In this document: one piece after another, positions 51,621 through 62,879 of the stretch
How positions within the stretch are numbered: the stretch's first letter is position 1
How the letters are laid out: each line of letters opens with the position of its first letter
From: Malacoraja senta
Lineage: Eukaryota
Reading direction: 5' to 3'
Assembly: GCA_038087875.1 (NCBI GenBank)
Contig: CM075983.1
Span: 16,926,001 to 16,990,000 of the forward strand
DNA length: 64,000 bases
Made by a program: the position numbers and the translations under genes
Notes under the pieces: model-generated
Told to the model about the DNA's origin: nothing
What the model saw: only the letters and a program-made list of their open reading frames with translations
Databases searched by the model: none

Positions 51621-54600
51621 TAATTAGCAGCATTAGAGAGATTTTTTGGCTTTGCTACCAGAAAACATATAGTGCCGTTTGAGAATCACCAGTAACTGAT
51701 ACAGTAACTAATTAATTGGAGATTAAGATATATTCTTCATTTGGAAACTCCACCATGCTTCAAGGGAAAAGCTGCAGATCCACAGCTGAAGTCTGAGGTC
51801 CAATAGAAAATTTGTGACCCGAAGGAGAGATGGTGAATGGGACAATGTGCAGGTGCACGAGCTCACTAATAATTATGAATTGGGAGGATTCTTTAGTGCT
51901 GCCAGAACCTTCATTGCTCAAATTGCTGAGACCCCATGTATCTAGGATGCGGAAATGGAAGGAGATCTTCTGAAAGATAGAGGAGTGCTCAGAATTCATT
52001 GAAAGAGGCACTTTGAGGAACTTTATATCTGTGATTCTGTCTGTGCCACAAGTGACCCTGACTTCATTCCACAAAAAAAGATCCATGCATCGTAGTCTTC
52101 ATTCTTGAAACTGCTATATATTAACCACTAAACAGTAAGGCCTCGGGAGCAGACAGTATCCTGCGGAAGTTCTAAAACTAGCTGAAACGCAATTTCGGAC
52201 TCAAATTCACAGCCTCAACACCCCTTTCTGGGTAGAAGAGGACATGCCAGAGGCTCTCAGAGACTCTGAATTTATGACATCTTCTGGCAAACAAACAAAT
52301 CTGATTGAGATAATTACTGAGGGTCGCCCTGATCTCTGTCACAGAGAAAGCCATTGTAAGGGTCTTCCTCAACCGTCTTCTGTCAGGAGTCAAAGAGTTG
52401 TTCCCGGAATCCCGGTGCGTATTCCATCCATCTCAAGGCACACTGGCCCCAGTCTTTATGTGACGACTTCAAGAGAAATATAGGAAGCCAGATCAGCCAC
52501 TGCATGTGGCTATTTAAAGCCTTTCATTCAGCGAATCAAGATGAATTATGGTGTACCCTGCTCAAATATGGCTGCTACAAGTTATCAACCTTACAGTGGG
52601 TCTACAACAAACCCAATTTCGGTGCAGACTGGTATCAACCAAGCCCACATCATCATTTCAATATTACCCTCAGGTTTGCTCACTGCATCACTACACTTCA
52701 CCTGAAACAAGCTTCCTGATGGATGGAACTAATAAGAGTAATGAAAAACTGTTTAACCTTCATCACCTCCACTCCAGATTACTGCATTCTTAATCATCAA
52801 GCAGCCGTATGCTGAGGTGCAGAATCACAGGCTATGCTTTGGGTTATCAACGACTTATTTACTGAGGTATGATAAATAATGGACCTTCCACGAAGCATCC
52901 ATAACACAAAGATCCTCTACCAATCTGTCTCCACTGCATTACACCTCCTCCCCCAATCCCTGATAGTGAAGGGTCACAAGAAGACTTTGGAAAATGTGGA
53001 ACATTTCCCATTATTGAGAGCATATATGCCATCAGCGAAGGTAGGCAGCGGTGATAAAATTCTCAATTGCCTTCAGTGAATTATTATAGCCTTCAACAGT
53101 CTGAAGAAAATGAGCCTGAAGATCAAACTTCTAATCAAAAATATTGTGGTTAACCAAACAGCAGTGATCTCTGTCCATCTCTTTACTTAAGACAGAGATG
53201 ATACAATCGATATCTCAATTGAGATGTCAGTTTTAGTCAATAGTGGGTAAAAGTAGCAGTGCAACAATTTGCATCTAATGTTTCATTAATGTCAAATGCT
53301 CTGGCATAGACTCCAGGAGAAGTGCTTAGTGCAGTTCTGCGATGGTGAGAATTTTGACGAGATGATTGATAGCGAGATCTGCTGTGAATGAAATGTATGC
53401 TGTGTGGGGGTGGGGAGATTCCTGACTTATGTGTCACCTGTTAATGAAAAATCTTCAAACTTGTACCTCTCTGCTATTCCAATGATTTGCAACAGAGCTT
53501 TGAAAGATAATTTAGCAAAATGTAAGATTTAGAAAGATTCAAGCTGACAAATTATTTTTTGTGAGCAAGAAAAAGTGCAAATAAAAAGAGTTGTCAACCA
53601 AGTCACTAACCAGGAAGGATCATTTACTGAGATAATGACTGAGCTGGATCCACCCACATAGCAGTAAGTTTAATTACATTTTGATATGCGGAAATATAGT
53701 TAATAACATAATCTAGGCAATGAAAAGATGCTGGCAATATACTGCTGCTGCATTCAGCAATTACCACCACAACTAATGAATTGTGTCGTTTACACAATTA
53801 GCCATTGGCTGTACTCTTTCTGATTTTCTGTCATGAAGTATTGTATTAAAAAATGCCAGACAACACAAGATTAGCAGCCAAATAAATGAAGTGTATTGTA
53901 AGTACCCAATCTAGCCATTGCAGCAAGATGTTTAAGCCAGATATAGACAAGTTACAGTATATCCTCTGGAAAGAAACAGCAACATAAGATGGAAAATTGA
54001 GTCAGGACATTTAAAAGTCTGAAGTCTGAAGAAGGGTCCCGACCCGAAATGTCACCTATCCATGTTCTCCAGAGATTAACCAGCTGAGTTAATCCAGCTC
54101 TTTATGTCTTTTTTTTCATGCAAAAGTGAATTCAGAAAGCTTTGCTTCACAGTCCTGATATTTACCAAAGAAACAGATGTTGCTGATCAATTAAAATGTT
54201 CATGGTTGACATCAATAGATTTTTGTTGTTAATGGTATTAGTGGACATAGAAAACATGTTCAATAATCATAAATTTTCAGTGATTCGATCAGTAGTTAGA
54301 CCATCCTTTTATAGGCACCTCCCAATGCCTGATACAGAACTTGGCAAATAATTTCACTTTATATTCGCTGTAATATTGTACAGAGGTATTAATGGAATGT
54401 GTTTCTCTCAGGAGCCACCATTTCTGACTAATCCACTTTTGATCCATCACTACAGTTTGCAATAAACAAACAAATATGGCTTTTATTTAGCTGGGAATTT
54501 TGGATATATCCAAATTATGATAATATTTTAAATTCACTGTCATAGCATGTAATGGTTTTTGGTCAATTATAATAATGCCATACGGATTCTGGCAAGGTGC

Positions 54601-55104
54601 CCAAGGAAGTAACAAATGTATTGGATTCAACAGATATAAACCCTTACATGGTAAAGTGAGAAGGTCTTGCATGTGGCACTCATTTTCCTGTCTTTCCTGA
54701 ACCTCAGAAAAATAAATCTGGGCTTCTGAGGGAATGGAAAGTTTTTGTTTAATGCATCATTTGAAATTCTCTTCAAGATCTGCTTTGAAATTCGCATATA
54801 CAAATAAATGTATATGTGCATCCAAACATCTGAAGGGGATGCTCTTGACTTAATTGAATGCATTGTTATACAAGTCAAATGCATTGGATCTGGCCAGTGG
54901 AGACTGACATTAATCATAGCTATCAGTGTCCTTCTTACTTTGCCCAGATGGAATTCATACACACAGCACACTCAGCATGCACTTCCATTAATCTGAAAGG
55001 TCATCATTTCATTCCTGTGTTTTTCCCTTGATAGATTTGTCTCTTGAGAGTTACCCATTACAGAATGTTTAAAACTGAAGATTGTTTAATTATTCTATGA
55101 TATC

Positions 55105-55380
55105 AAGTCAAGTGAGTTTATTGTCATGTGTCTCTGATAGGACAATGAAATTCTTGCTTTGCTTCAGTACAACAGAACATAGTAGGCATTGACTACAAGG
55201 CATTCTATAAATATATACACACATGAATCAATATACTGATAAAGTGCAAATAACAGTATTGGCTAATAAAGTTCAGTGTTATGTCCGAGCCAGGTTTAAT
55301 AGCCTGATGGCTGTGGGGAAGTAGCTATTCCCGAACCTGGTCGTTGCAGTCTTCAGGCTCCTGTACCTTCTACCTGAAGA
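55105..55380 (-). mobile_element. Rex1/Babar-like LINE 3' fragment
   Basis: Minus-strand SGRRYRSLKTATTRFGNSYFPTAIRLLN; (CTTGA)n tail. Confidence 0.8.
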
Positions 55381-55466
55381 TATGAGGTCCAAAATACTGC
55401 TTTTCTGGATTATAAATTTTGGACATCACTATTATGGTTGCTAATAAATTATCAGTTACTAACTAC

Positions 55467-56118
55467 AGGTACTACAGGCAATGAAGAAAGCTAATGGCAT
55501 CTTGGCCTTCATAACGAGAGGAGTTGAGCATATGGGCAAAGAGGACCTTTTGCAGTTGTACAGGGCCCTGGTGAGATCACACCTGGAGTATTGTGTGCAG
55601 TTTTGGTCTCCTAATTTGAGGGAGTGCACTGTAGGTTCATGAGGTTAATTCCCGGGATGGCGGGACTGTTATATGATGAAATAATGGGTCGACTGGGCTT
55701 GTATTCACTGGAATTTAGAAGGATGAGAGGGGATCTTATAGAAACAAATAAAATTATTAAGGGATTGGACACACTAGATGCAGGAAACATGTTCCCGATG
55801 TTGGGGGAGTCCAGAACCAGGGGCTACAGTTTAAGAATAAGGGGTAGGCCATTTAGAACCGCGACGAGGAAAATCTTTTTCACACAGAGAGTTGTGAATT
55901 TGTGGAATTCTCTGCATCAGAAGACAGTGGAGGCGGGTTCACTGGATGCATTCAAAAGAGAGTTAGATAGAGCTCTTAGGGCTAGCGGAATCAAGGGGTA
56001 TGGGGAGAAGGCAGGAACGGGGTACTGATTGTGGATGATTTGCCATGATCACATTGAATGGCGGTGCTGGCTCGAAGGGCCGAATAGCCCACTCCTGCAC
56101 CTATTGTCTATGTATCTA
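55467..56118 (+). mobile_element. CR1-type (HER1-like) LINE 3' fragment
   Basis: RLGLYSLEFRRMRGDLIE..ESRTRGYSLRIRGRPFRT..FFTQRVVNLWNSL; inverted counterpart of 47250-48130 and 62880-63500. Confidence 0.9.
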
Positions 56119-56235
56119 TGATGCCTCTAATAACAGAAATAATGCTGTCACATTCCTTAAACAGGGGAGTGCAACATATAGCAGAGGTCGGATTCTTGAA
56201 CTCTTATGCATGCACATTCCTATTTTCTTCTTTCC

Positions 56236-57313
56236 GGAGGAGGCGCTGTCCTGAACGGCCGCCTGTCCTGCAGCTGTCCGTTTTTTACCCCTTCTTTTTT
56301 TATTATTTTTAGTACGTTGAGGGTGCAGTCAGGCGGCCTAATCTTTTTATGTGTGGGGGGTGGTGGGGGGAAGGGGGAAACTGTTTTTCGAGTCCCTACC
56401 TGGTCGGAGCGGTTGCCTTACTCCGAGCAGCGCCTTTGACCCGTCCTCGCGGCCTACCAGCGGGGCCTGGAGCGGCGTTTCCTGAGTGGACGTGGCCAGA
56501 ACCTCGGCTTCGGCAGCGGCACAGCGCTGGAGCGCTATCGCGGAGTGGGCGATGCCTTGTCTGGGTCGCCACGCTGGAACTCCGGTATGCTGGGACCGCC
56601 GACAAAAACATCGCGGAGCCGCGGGTCTGTGGAGCGGCCAGCTGCGGGGACCGCCGATAAAAACATCGCGGAGCCGCGGGGCTGTGGAGCGGCCAGCTGC
56701 GGGGACCGCCGATAAAAACATCGCGGAGCCCCGCGGGTCTGTGGAGCGGCCAGCTGCGGGGACCGCCGATAAAAACATCGCGGAGCCGCGGGGCTGTGGA
56801 GCGGCCAGCTGCGGGGATCGCCGATAAAAACATCGCGGAGCCGCGGGGCTGTAGAGCGGCCAGCTGCGGGTGGCGGCGCTGACTTTAACATCGCGGAGCC
56901 TGGGATCTCGCCGAGATCGCCAGTATGTGCAGCTCCGTCCAGAGCGGCCTGTTGGCTTGGAAGCCGCGGTCTCCAGTAAGAAGGCGGCCGTTCCTGGCAC
57001 CCCAAGCCGCTGAGAGGGTTCTCCCGACGCCGGAGTACCATCACCCGGTGAGAACGGCCAGGAACATCGAGCCTCCGTAGTGGCGACTGTGGAGGCCTCA
57101 ATAGGCCCGGCTATGGGTGGACATGGGGATGGGGACTGGACTTTGTGCCTTCCCTCATAATGGGAACCATTGTGGGGGGATGTTTTTATGTTTAATGTTA
57201 AACTTCTTAATGCTATGTTGTATTTTAATTAGTGTGCTGCAAGGACATCAGAATTTCCCCTGAATAAGGGGATTAGTAAAGTAAAAATCAATCAATCAAT
57301 CAAAATCAATCAA
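56236..57313 (+). mobile_element. Composite non-autonomous retroposon with a GC-rich VNTR and (TCAA)n tail
   Basis: CpG-rich, head shared with 40545-41098, 3' end AATTTCCCC..GGGGATTAGTAAAG + (AATC)n; no TSD found. Confidence 0.65.
56592..56870 (+). repeat. 55-bp GC-rich minisatellite, 5 copies
   Basis: Unit GGGACCGCCGATAAAAACATCGCGGAGCCGCGGGGCTGTGGAGCGGCCAGCTGCG starting at 56592, 56647, 56702, 56759 and 56814. Confidence 0.95.
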
Positions 57314-58627
57314 ACATTGTCCAGCCTACAATGGGCAAAATTCATCTTTTAGACTAATTCAGTTAAGACTTTTGATTTCTATGGAGTCAATGAAATAAAA
57401 TTTTGAAACAGTGGGTGAAATAGATTGAAGATTGGCAGAAAAAGCTGGAGTAACTCAGCGGGACAGGCGGCATCTCTGGAGAGAAGGCATGGGTGACGCT
57501 TCGGGCCGAGACCCTTCTTCAGTTTGACCTCTTTTTTGGGCAGTGCATTGTATTCCGTTGCATTGTTAAGAATCTCATAAAATTACATTTAAGAAGCAAA
57601 ATAGTAAATAAAAATGAAAATAAGCCTCCAGACCAAATATAAACTTTCTGGGATTATATGTGCACCTTGATTTTTTCCTGGTCAGTCCAGATTTGACCTC
57701 AGAGCAGGAGGTTGACGAGCCAGTGCTAATTGGTTAATTTTGACTGAGTGGGAGTGTAAAATGGATAGTTGATCATTTGTGAATTATTTGCTTCTCCCAA
57801 GTTTAATTTCTGATGAAGTAATTGAAAATAAATTTCAAGACAAATGCATAAGGGATGGTCAACATAGTTGATCAAATACAGTGGCATAGAGTCAGAACTA
57901 TTACAGTGGCATAAAGTCAAAAATATTTCCATTTTATTCCGATGAGTAATAGAAAATTCAGTTCAGTTGCATGGTATCCATGGATGCCAACAGATTGTTG
58001 AAGGAACTAAGGGAGAAGTAGTTGCCAATAGCTGCAGGCCTTTCTGAAATTGCCTTTCTGAGTAGGTTATGAAAACAAATATGGCAATGCTGGTATTTTT
58101 TAAATTAATGCTGAATAGAAAATGTTTAAAGACTTGCACAGATTTGTAGTACATTACAGAGGCAGGAGCTGCCAATTCAGCAGATGTTGTTCATGTCCCA
58201 TTTCAGAAACAAACTAGAAAAGTCCAAGCTGACACTGAAACTCAGTATTGAGATGGTGCTGAGGTACCAGGGATGACAGTCTTTTGGATGAAATTGAATC
58301 CACATCTTCTCTCCAACGTCTGCATATAAAAATGCCTTGGCATTATTTTGAAAGAAAGCAGGCAGGAATGTGCTTAGTGACCTAGGCAATATCTATTATC
58401 CTAAATATACATCACTAGAGCCAAGTATCTGGCAATTATCACATTTCTGTTTGCAAGATCTTGTTGTGCACATATAGCTAACAGATTACTGAGGGAACTG
58501 AGAGTGAAATAATTGTCAATGGCTGCAGGCCGTTCTGAAATTGCCTTTTCCAAGTAGTTGAGAAAAAGTGTCAATTGAGCTAATTTCAATAGTTACACTT
58601 AATAGTGTCTAAAGAACATTATCTGCA

Positions 58628-59150
58628 TTCACCTGCATCTCCTCCAACCTCATCTATTGCATTCGCTGCTCTAGATGCCAGCTGATCTACATCGGTGAGA
58701 CCAAGCGGAGGCTTGGCGATCGTTTCGCCGAACACCTCCGGTCAGTCCGCAATAACCAACCTGAACTCCCGGTGGCTCAGCACTTCAACTCCCCCTCCCA
58801 TTCCGTATCTGACCTCTCTGTCCTGGGTCTCCTCCATGGCCACAGCGAGCAACACCGTAAATTGGAGGAAATGCACCTCATATTCCGCTTGGGCAGTCTA
58901 CATCCTGGTGGCCTGAACGTTGAATTCTCCCAATTCTGCTAGCCCTGGCTGTCCCCTCCCCTTCATCAGCCATCTGGTTGTCTCCTCCCCTCCCCCAGCC
59001 CTCGGGCTCCTCCTCCGCCTTTTCCTTTTTTCCTTTCTTCTCCCCACCCCCTATCAGTCTGAAGAAGGGTTTCGGCCCGAAACGTTACCTATTTCCTTCG
59101 CTCCATAGATGCTGCTGCACCCGCTGAGTTTCTCCAGCATTTTTGTGTAC
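58628..59150 (+). mobile_element. Penelope-like element 3' end: GIY-YIG endonuclease (58628-58942) + hammerhead-bearing terminal repeat
   Basis: Open frame FTCISSNLIYCIRCSRCQLIYIGETKRRLGDRFAEHLRSVR..VAQHFN..HPGGLNVEF; CTGAAGAAGGGTTTCGGCCCGAAACGTT at 59059-59086. Confidence 0.92.
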
Positions 59151-59173
59151 CATTAGAATACACTCACCTCTTA

Positions 59174-59411
59174 ATGGCCTGTCCCATTTTTTCAGTGACT
59201 GCCGACATCATTGACTGACTTATCTGGTCACCGAAAAATTTGCGGTGTGATGCGGCGGTGACGCGGCGTGATGACATATGACGCGCTGCGTTTTTTCAAG
59301 TGTCACACCGTTTTTTTTGTTGCTGCTGGATTTTGAAAGGATCAAAATCTTTTGGAGACACTGATATGACGCCGGCAGTCGCCAAAAAAAACGGCAAGTA
59401 GGACAGGCCCT
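59174..59411. mobile_element. PIF/Harbinger-type MITE (238 bp)
   Basis: Ends ATGGCCTGTCCCA / TAGGACAGGCCCT, TTA TSD on both sides. Confidence 0.8.
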
Positions 59412-59479
59412 TTAGTCTCTACTTAGCCTATCACAGAGAAATGATCTATATCCTCGGATGGTAGATTTTTAAAATAAAT

Positions 59480-60876
59480 CTATACTGTGGGACCCGTTTG
59501 GTCCCAGCATCACACGGGAGGGCTAGTCCCCCAACGCAATATTCCACCTCTCTACCAATTCAATATTGGTGGCCAGTGAGGGGGGGGGCTTTCTGGAGCG
59601 CTAGTTTGGGTGTTGTGGGCTGAAGGGACTGGTTTATAGAGGGCTAGTATGGACATTGGGGGCCGAATGGATTCTTGGGCTGGCGGCTCAGTCACTCAAG
59701 CCTGTTGTGCTGGCAGCTCACTCACTCACGGCTGGTGGGCTGGCAGTTGACTCATGGCTATTCCTTGAAATTCCATTTCAAGCAGGGTGCAAAGCCACCA
59801 AATTCAAGTGCAGTTTCTTACCACTTCAAGCAGGCTGCAAGGCCACCAAATTCAAGTGCAGTTTCATACCATTTCAAGCAGGGTGCAAGGCCACTAAAGA
59901 CAGCGAGTCGTGACCTCTCCCTCCTCCATCTTGCAGAGACTGAGCCACGCCCACACTTCTGGGTTTTATAGTCCCTCCCCCCCACCAGAAGGGGCGTGGC
60001 CTTCATGGCGTGATTGACAGGAAAAAGAATCTCAACATTTTTTAAACACTAATAACTCTTTTATTTTGCATCAATGGGAAAAATCCTCGGCACCTGATGA
60101 GCGGAGGGGGACTCTGAGTAAGATGGCCAAAAATCACAACCGTATGTGGTAGCGTTATTTCTAAAATCAATATAAAGCGCAAACAGGAAGTGGTCAAGAT
60201 TAGACTTTTCTATAGACGGCAAGGCAAGGCTACTATAATTTGGCATGGCAACATTATTTAGGCAAGGCAACTTTAATTCGGCAAGGCAACTTTAATTAGG
60301 CAAGGCAACTTTAATTAGGCAAGGCAACTTTAATTAGGCAACACTGCTTTAGCATTTCCAAACCAAAGGCAACATAGCTTTAGCATTTCCAAACCAAAGG
60401 CAACACAGCTTTAGCATTTCCAAACCAAAGGCAACACAGCTTTAGCATTTCCAAACCAAAGGCAACACAGCTGTAGCATTTCCAAACTATATATTTCAAA
60501 CCACATTAAGGGCACTGACAGGTCAGTAAAACCACTCAGTTTAGTAGACATGTGTTCAGTGTTATTCACAGCTCAGACTGAGAGACATAAACCTCTCGCT
60601 CCCCCATCTTGCAGAGACTGACTGAGGCACGCAACGTCCGGGTTTTATAGTCCCTCCAGAAGGGGCGTGGCCTTCAGGAGAGAGAATCTCACCATTTTTT
60701 AAACACTAATAACTCTTTTATTTTTCATCGATGGGAAAAATCCTCTTGTCCTGCGCAGCGGATGGGGACTCTGAGTAAGATGGCCAAAAATCACAGCTGT
60801 AAGTGGCAGCGTTTTATCTAAAATCAATATACAGAACAACAGGAAGTGGTCAAGATCAGACTTTTAGTAATATAGA
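59480..60876 (-). mobile_element. Non-autonomous Helitron with internal minisatellites
   Basis: Minus strand begins A|TCTATATTACTAAAAG; ends with hairpin GGGACC-AAACG-GGTCCC 9 nt from a degenerate terminus (ATAG for CTAG); no TSD; 19-bp and 31-bp tandem arrays at ~60255-60487. Confidence 0.75.
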
Positions 60877-61049
60877 TAAATGGAGGAGGTGTGCTGAAAA
60901 GAAATGGAAAAGTAGCATGAACTTAGCATGACTGACTGCAACTCAGTCTGCAGAACTCAGTCCATGTACTAGTATATTTCACTAAATCGTGGAAAAAGTT
61001 GTAATTGGTCCATAGTGTAATTTGCAACTCAATTAATAGTAGTCTTGCA

Positions 61050-61330
61050 CCAGACACAGAGGACTGTGGGATAGAATCCCACTCCAGAAACTAGTCAGTA
61101 AAATCTCCGCTGATGTTGTTCATCAGCATTTAGGGCATACTGCAATATCCGGCCTGCAGTTCTTTGAATGATGCTAAATTATGGTCTCATCTTCCCTCCT
61201 GAATTGGCTTAAAGTAACCCTGAGCATTATTTTGATGAAGAAGGGAGTGGATATATCTGAGAGACTTGGGCAATATTTATCTCTCAATAAACCTCACCAC
61301 ATAAGGTCATTGCTGCATTACTTTTTGCAG
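61050..61330 (+). mobile_element. Highly decayed DeuSINE (SacSINE1-like); probable - strand copy at ~13850-14200
   Basis: Residual similarity to the Deu domain (GCTGA..CAGCATTTAGGGCATACTGCAAT..TCTTTGAATGATGCTAAA); recalled by eye. Confidence 0.4.
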
Positions 61331-62049
61331 TATCTTGAGTCCAATAACTGGTTGCCTATTGCAAATTATTATGTACTTTGGTTATCTTGAGGTCATGATA
61401 CATGCTTTTAAAGCTATGTTTTTCTTTTTCTGAATAATTTGTTAGGAGAGTTGTACTTGACCAATGACATTTCTGTATTTAATATCCAGAATGCTTCATG
61501 TAAAATAAGGAAAAAAAACTTGGGTTTGTTTAGTATTCTAGTCAACCTCAAATGTAGTAAAGTGCTCCACAGTCACCAAATTATGTTTTGAAGCTTAAAT
61601 ACTGTTATAATGTCGGAAACACAGCAGTCAATTTATGCATCAGCATCAGTCTAGATTCCTACCAATAGTTAAATGTGAGACTTGAATTCATGGCCTTCTG
61701 ATTCAAAGGCATGAATGCTACAACTCAGCCATATTGATATCAATGAAATTGATCAGTTTACTTTCGATTGTGCAGCCTGCTACTTGTCAATTTCTGTCCC
61801 CTCTCTGGTAACTAAAGCCTCTTTCCAGATGTGTTAATTTGTTTTTATGGAACTTGGACCTGCATATTTCTGGCTACACCCAATTGCCTTTTACCATTTA
61901 TATTCTCTCCCCTATCGTTGAGAACCTTCTATTTTGTTTATTACACTATAATGAGGGGGAAATAGAATTGGCCAGGTTAAAGGAATTTAGAGTACAGCAT
62001 AGAGGTAGATACACTCTAAGCACCGTGATAACTATTCAACAATATCTTG

Positions 62050-62352
62050 TGGCATGGTGGCACAGCGGTAGAGTTGCTGCCTTTCAGCGCCAGAGACCCA
62101 GGTTCGAAGTTGACAACGGGTGCTTGTCTGAATGCAGTTTGTACATTCTCCCCATGACCTGCGTGAGTTTTCTCTGGGATCTCAGGTTTCCTCCCACACT
62201 CCAAAGACGTACAGGTTTGTAGCCTAATTGGCTTGGTTTAATTATAAATTGTCCCTAGTGTGTGTAGGATAGTGTGGGGAGATCACTGTCTGGCGCAGAG
62301 TCAGTGGGCCAAAAGGCCTGTTTCCACGTTCTATCTGTAAATTAAACTGAAC
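62050..62352 (+). mobile_element. tRNA-derived SINE
   Basis: GGTGGCACAGCGGTAGAG A-box, GGTTCGAA B-box, shared body and tail. Confidence 0.85.
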
Positions 62353-62879
62353 TAATCTCCATGTACTCTTTGTTGATACCTCAATATAATGCAATCCCCG
62401 AGTTACTACTAGAGTGATGGCAACTGCTGATAAAAGACCTGCAGATCGCTTGAACAAGGTAAATTCAATACTATTATAACAGCCTTGTGTGATCTTTACC
62501 ACATCTGTCAGCCAGCAGCCCACCATTATATAAAGAGAGTCGCTGACACGCTATTCAGATTGACCATAAAAACATTGAATTAAGGAATGAACAATTACTT
62601 TCCAGAGACCGGCAGGGTTCCCATTGATACCAGAAGCAATAGCAGTTGTATTGAAAGCCTCTTGTGAAAACCTCTTCAAATTAATTTTCAGGAAGGGTTT
62701 CATTAATCAATATGGAATCTTCCATACCGTCTGTTAACCTGGACACTTCCATGAAGCTTTCATCATGTAGGAGATTCATCATAGCACTCTCGATAATTCA
62801 GCACCATGTATTAGGATGATTAATTGGCCATCAAGATTATTGCCAGCAGTTATGGCTTTTAATTCCACTGTGCTATCCA

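Larger units (their letters stand above)
48425..53200. mobile_element. Old RTE-clade LINE in two orientations, interrupted by Tc1 and other inserts
   Basis: + strand APE-like TIISLYTKTLETTNKAKERFYSKL, RT-like KAFHSANQDELWCTLLKYGC and LENVEHFP; - strand C-terminus/3' end at ~48425-49130. Boundaries approximate. Confidence 0.6.

Noticed and set aside
56347-57101. Long overlapping ORFs of 103-217 aa
   Set aside because: Produced by the stop-poor GC-rich 55-bp minisatellite; peptides are repetitive in all frames.
58030-58570. ~45-bp direct repeat (GCTGCAGGCC.TTCTGAAATTGCCTTT) 490 bp apart
   Set aside because: Too short and unaccompanied by termini, TSD or coding signal to interpret.
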